Shown: positions 63,928 through 64,000 of the stretch, in pieces
How positions within the stretch are numbered: position 1 is the stretch's first letter
Layout: every line of letters starts with the position of its first letter
From: Flavimaricola sp.
GTDB lineage: Bacteria; Pseudomonadota; Alphaproteobacteria; Rhodobacterales; Rhodobacteraceae
Direction of reading: 5' to 3'
NCBI GenBank assembly: GCA_020629175.1
Contig: JAHDDU010000010.1
Location: 5,788-69,787, forward strand
Length of the DNA: 64,000 nucleotides
The notes under the pieces: model-generated
Database searches by the model: none
The model's input: the letters and a program-made list of their open reading frames with translations, nothing else
What the model was told of the DNA's origin: nothing
Program-made: the position numbers and the translations under genes

Positions 63928-64000
63928 ATGATCTCAATCGAAACTTTCTTTCTCGACCCATCCGCTCCGGGAACGTTGCAATCGCGCATCCAGCAGATGG
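63928..64000 (+). CDS. Start of a probable GntR/MocR-type (wHTH + PLP-domain) regulator, truncated by the window edge
   Basis: MISIETFFLDPSAPGTLQSRIQQM resembles the usual L.......PLY.QI opening of MocR/GntR wHTH domains. Only 24 codons are visible. Confidence 0.3.
   Translation, partial: MISIETFFLDPSAPGTLQSRIQQM

Noticed and set aside
63699-63989. 96-aa minus-strand ORF covering the protease/MocR intergenic region
   Set aside because: Its open frame and repeated His/Ala residues come from the GTGCAT tandem array. It has no SD and overlaps the start of the plus-strand gene.
1-64000. Mobile elements, CRISPR arrays, prophage, integrases, toxin-antitoxin pairs and reverse transcriptases
   Set aside because: I scanned the ORF translations and intergenic regions and saw no transposase, integrase or Cas-like proteins and no spaced identical repeats. 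The only tandem repeats are the short 11-bp arrays already reported.

Overview
GC-rich (roughly 60% by eye), densely coding chromosomal segment. The protein families and local synteny (smpB-dapA-slt, glnK-amtB, rutR with preTA) look like a marine Rhodobacterales-type alphaproteobacterium; this taxon call is inference only. I support about 60 protein-coding genes. I found no rRNA or tRNA genes, CRISPR arrays, IS elements, integrases or phage genes. Positions 1-28500 are mostly housekeeping: rsmD, peroxiredoxin, MscS, an orphan ABC+MFP type I secretion pair, mlaA/mlaC-like, PBP1A, glnK-amtB, aspC/tyrB-like, sseA, smpB, dapA, slt, and split mnmC halves. Positions 28500-64000 are more accessory. 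They hold a stand-alone B12-binding-domain protein next to cobO, and an SbcD/SbcC-like nuclease-ATPase pair with no zinc hook. They also hold a small polysaccharide-priming module and an orphan HyuA-like protein. A RutR-associated reductive pyrimidine/hydantoin locus follows (amidohydrolase, hydA, NMT1-type ABC importer, preT-preA), interrupted by four exported or unknown ORFs. Last come a TauABC-like importer, a divergent class-III aminotransferase, GNAT, DMT, an S1 protease and the start of a MocR-like regulator. The signals I would look at first are non-coding: (1) a nested-helix, pseudoknot-capable element in the 515-bp leader of the aminotransferase; (2) four GTGCAT hexamers phased at exactly 11 bp upstream of the MocR-like gene. 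Three coding oddities follow: the B12-binding protein with cobO, a cadherin-like extension on the TauC-like permease, and exported proteins translationally coupled into the pyrimidine operons. I did not find a clear-cut novel multi-gene system such as a defence island. All function calls rest on motif recognition by eye, with no database searches.
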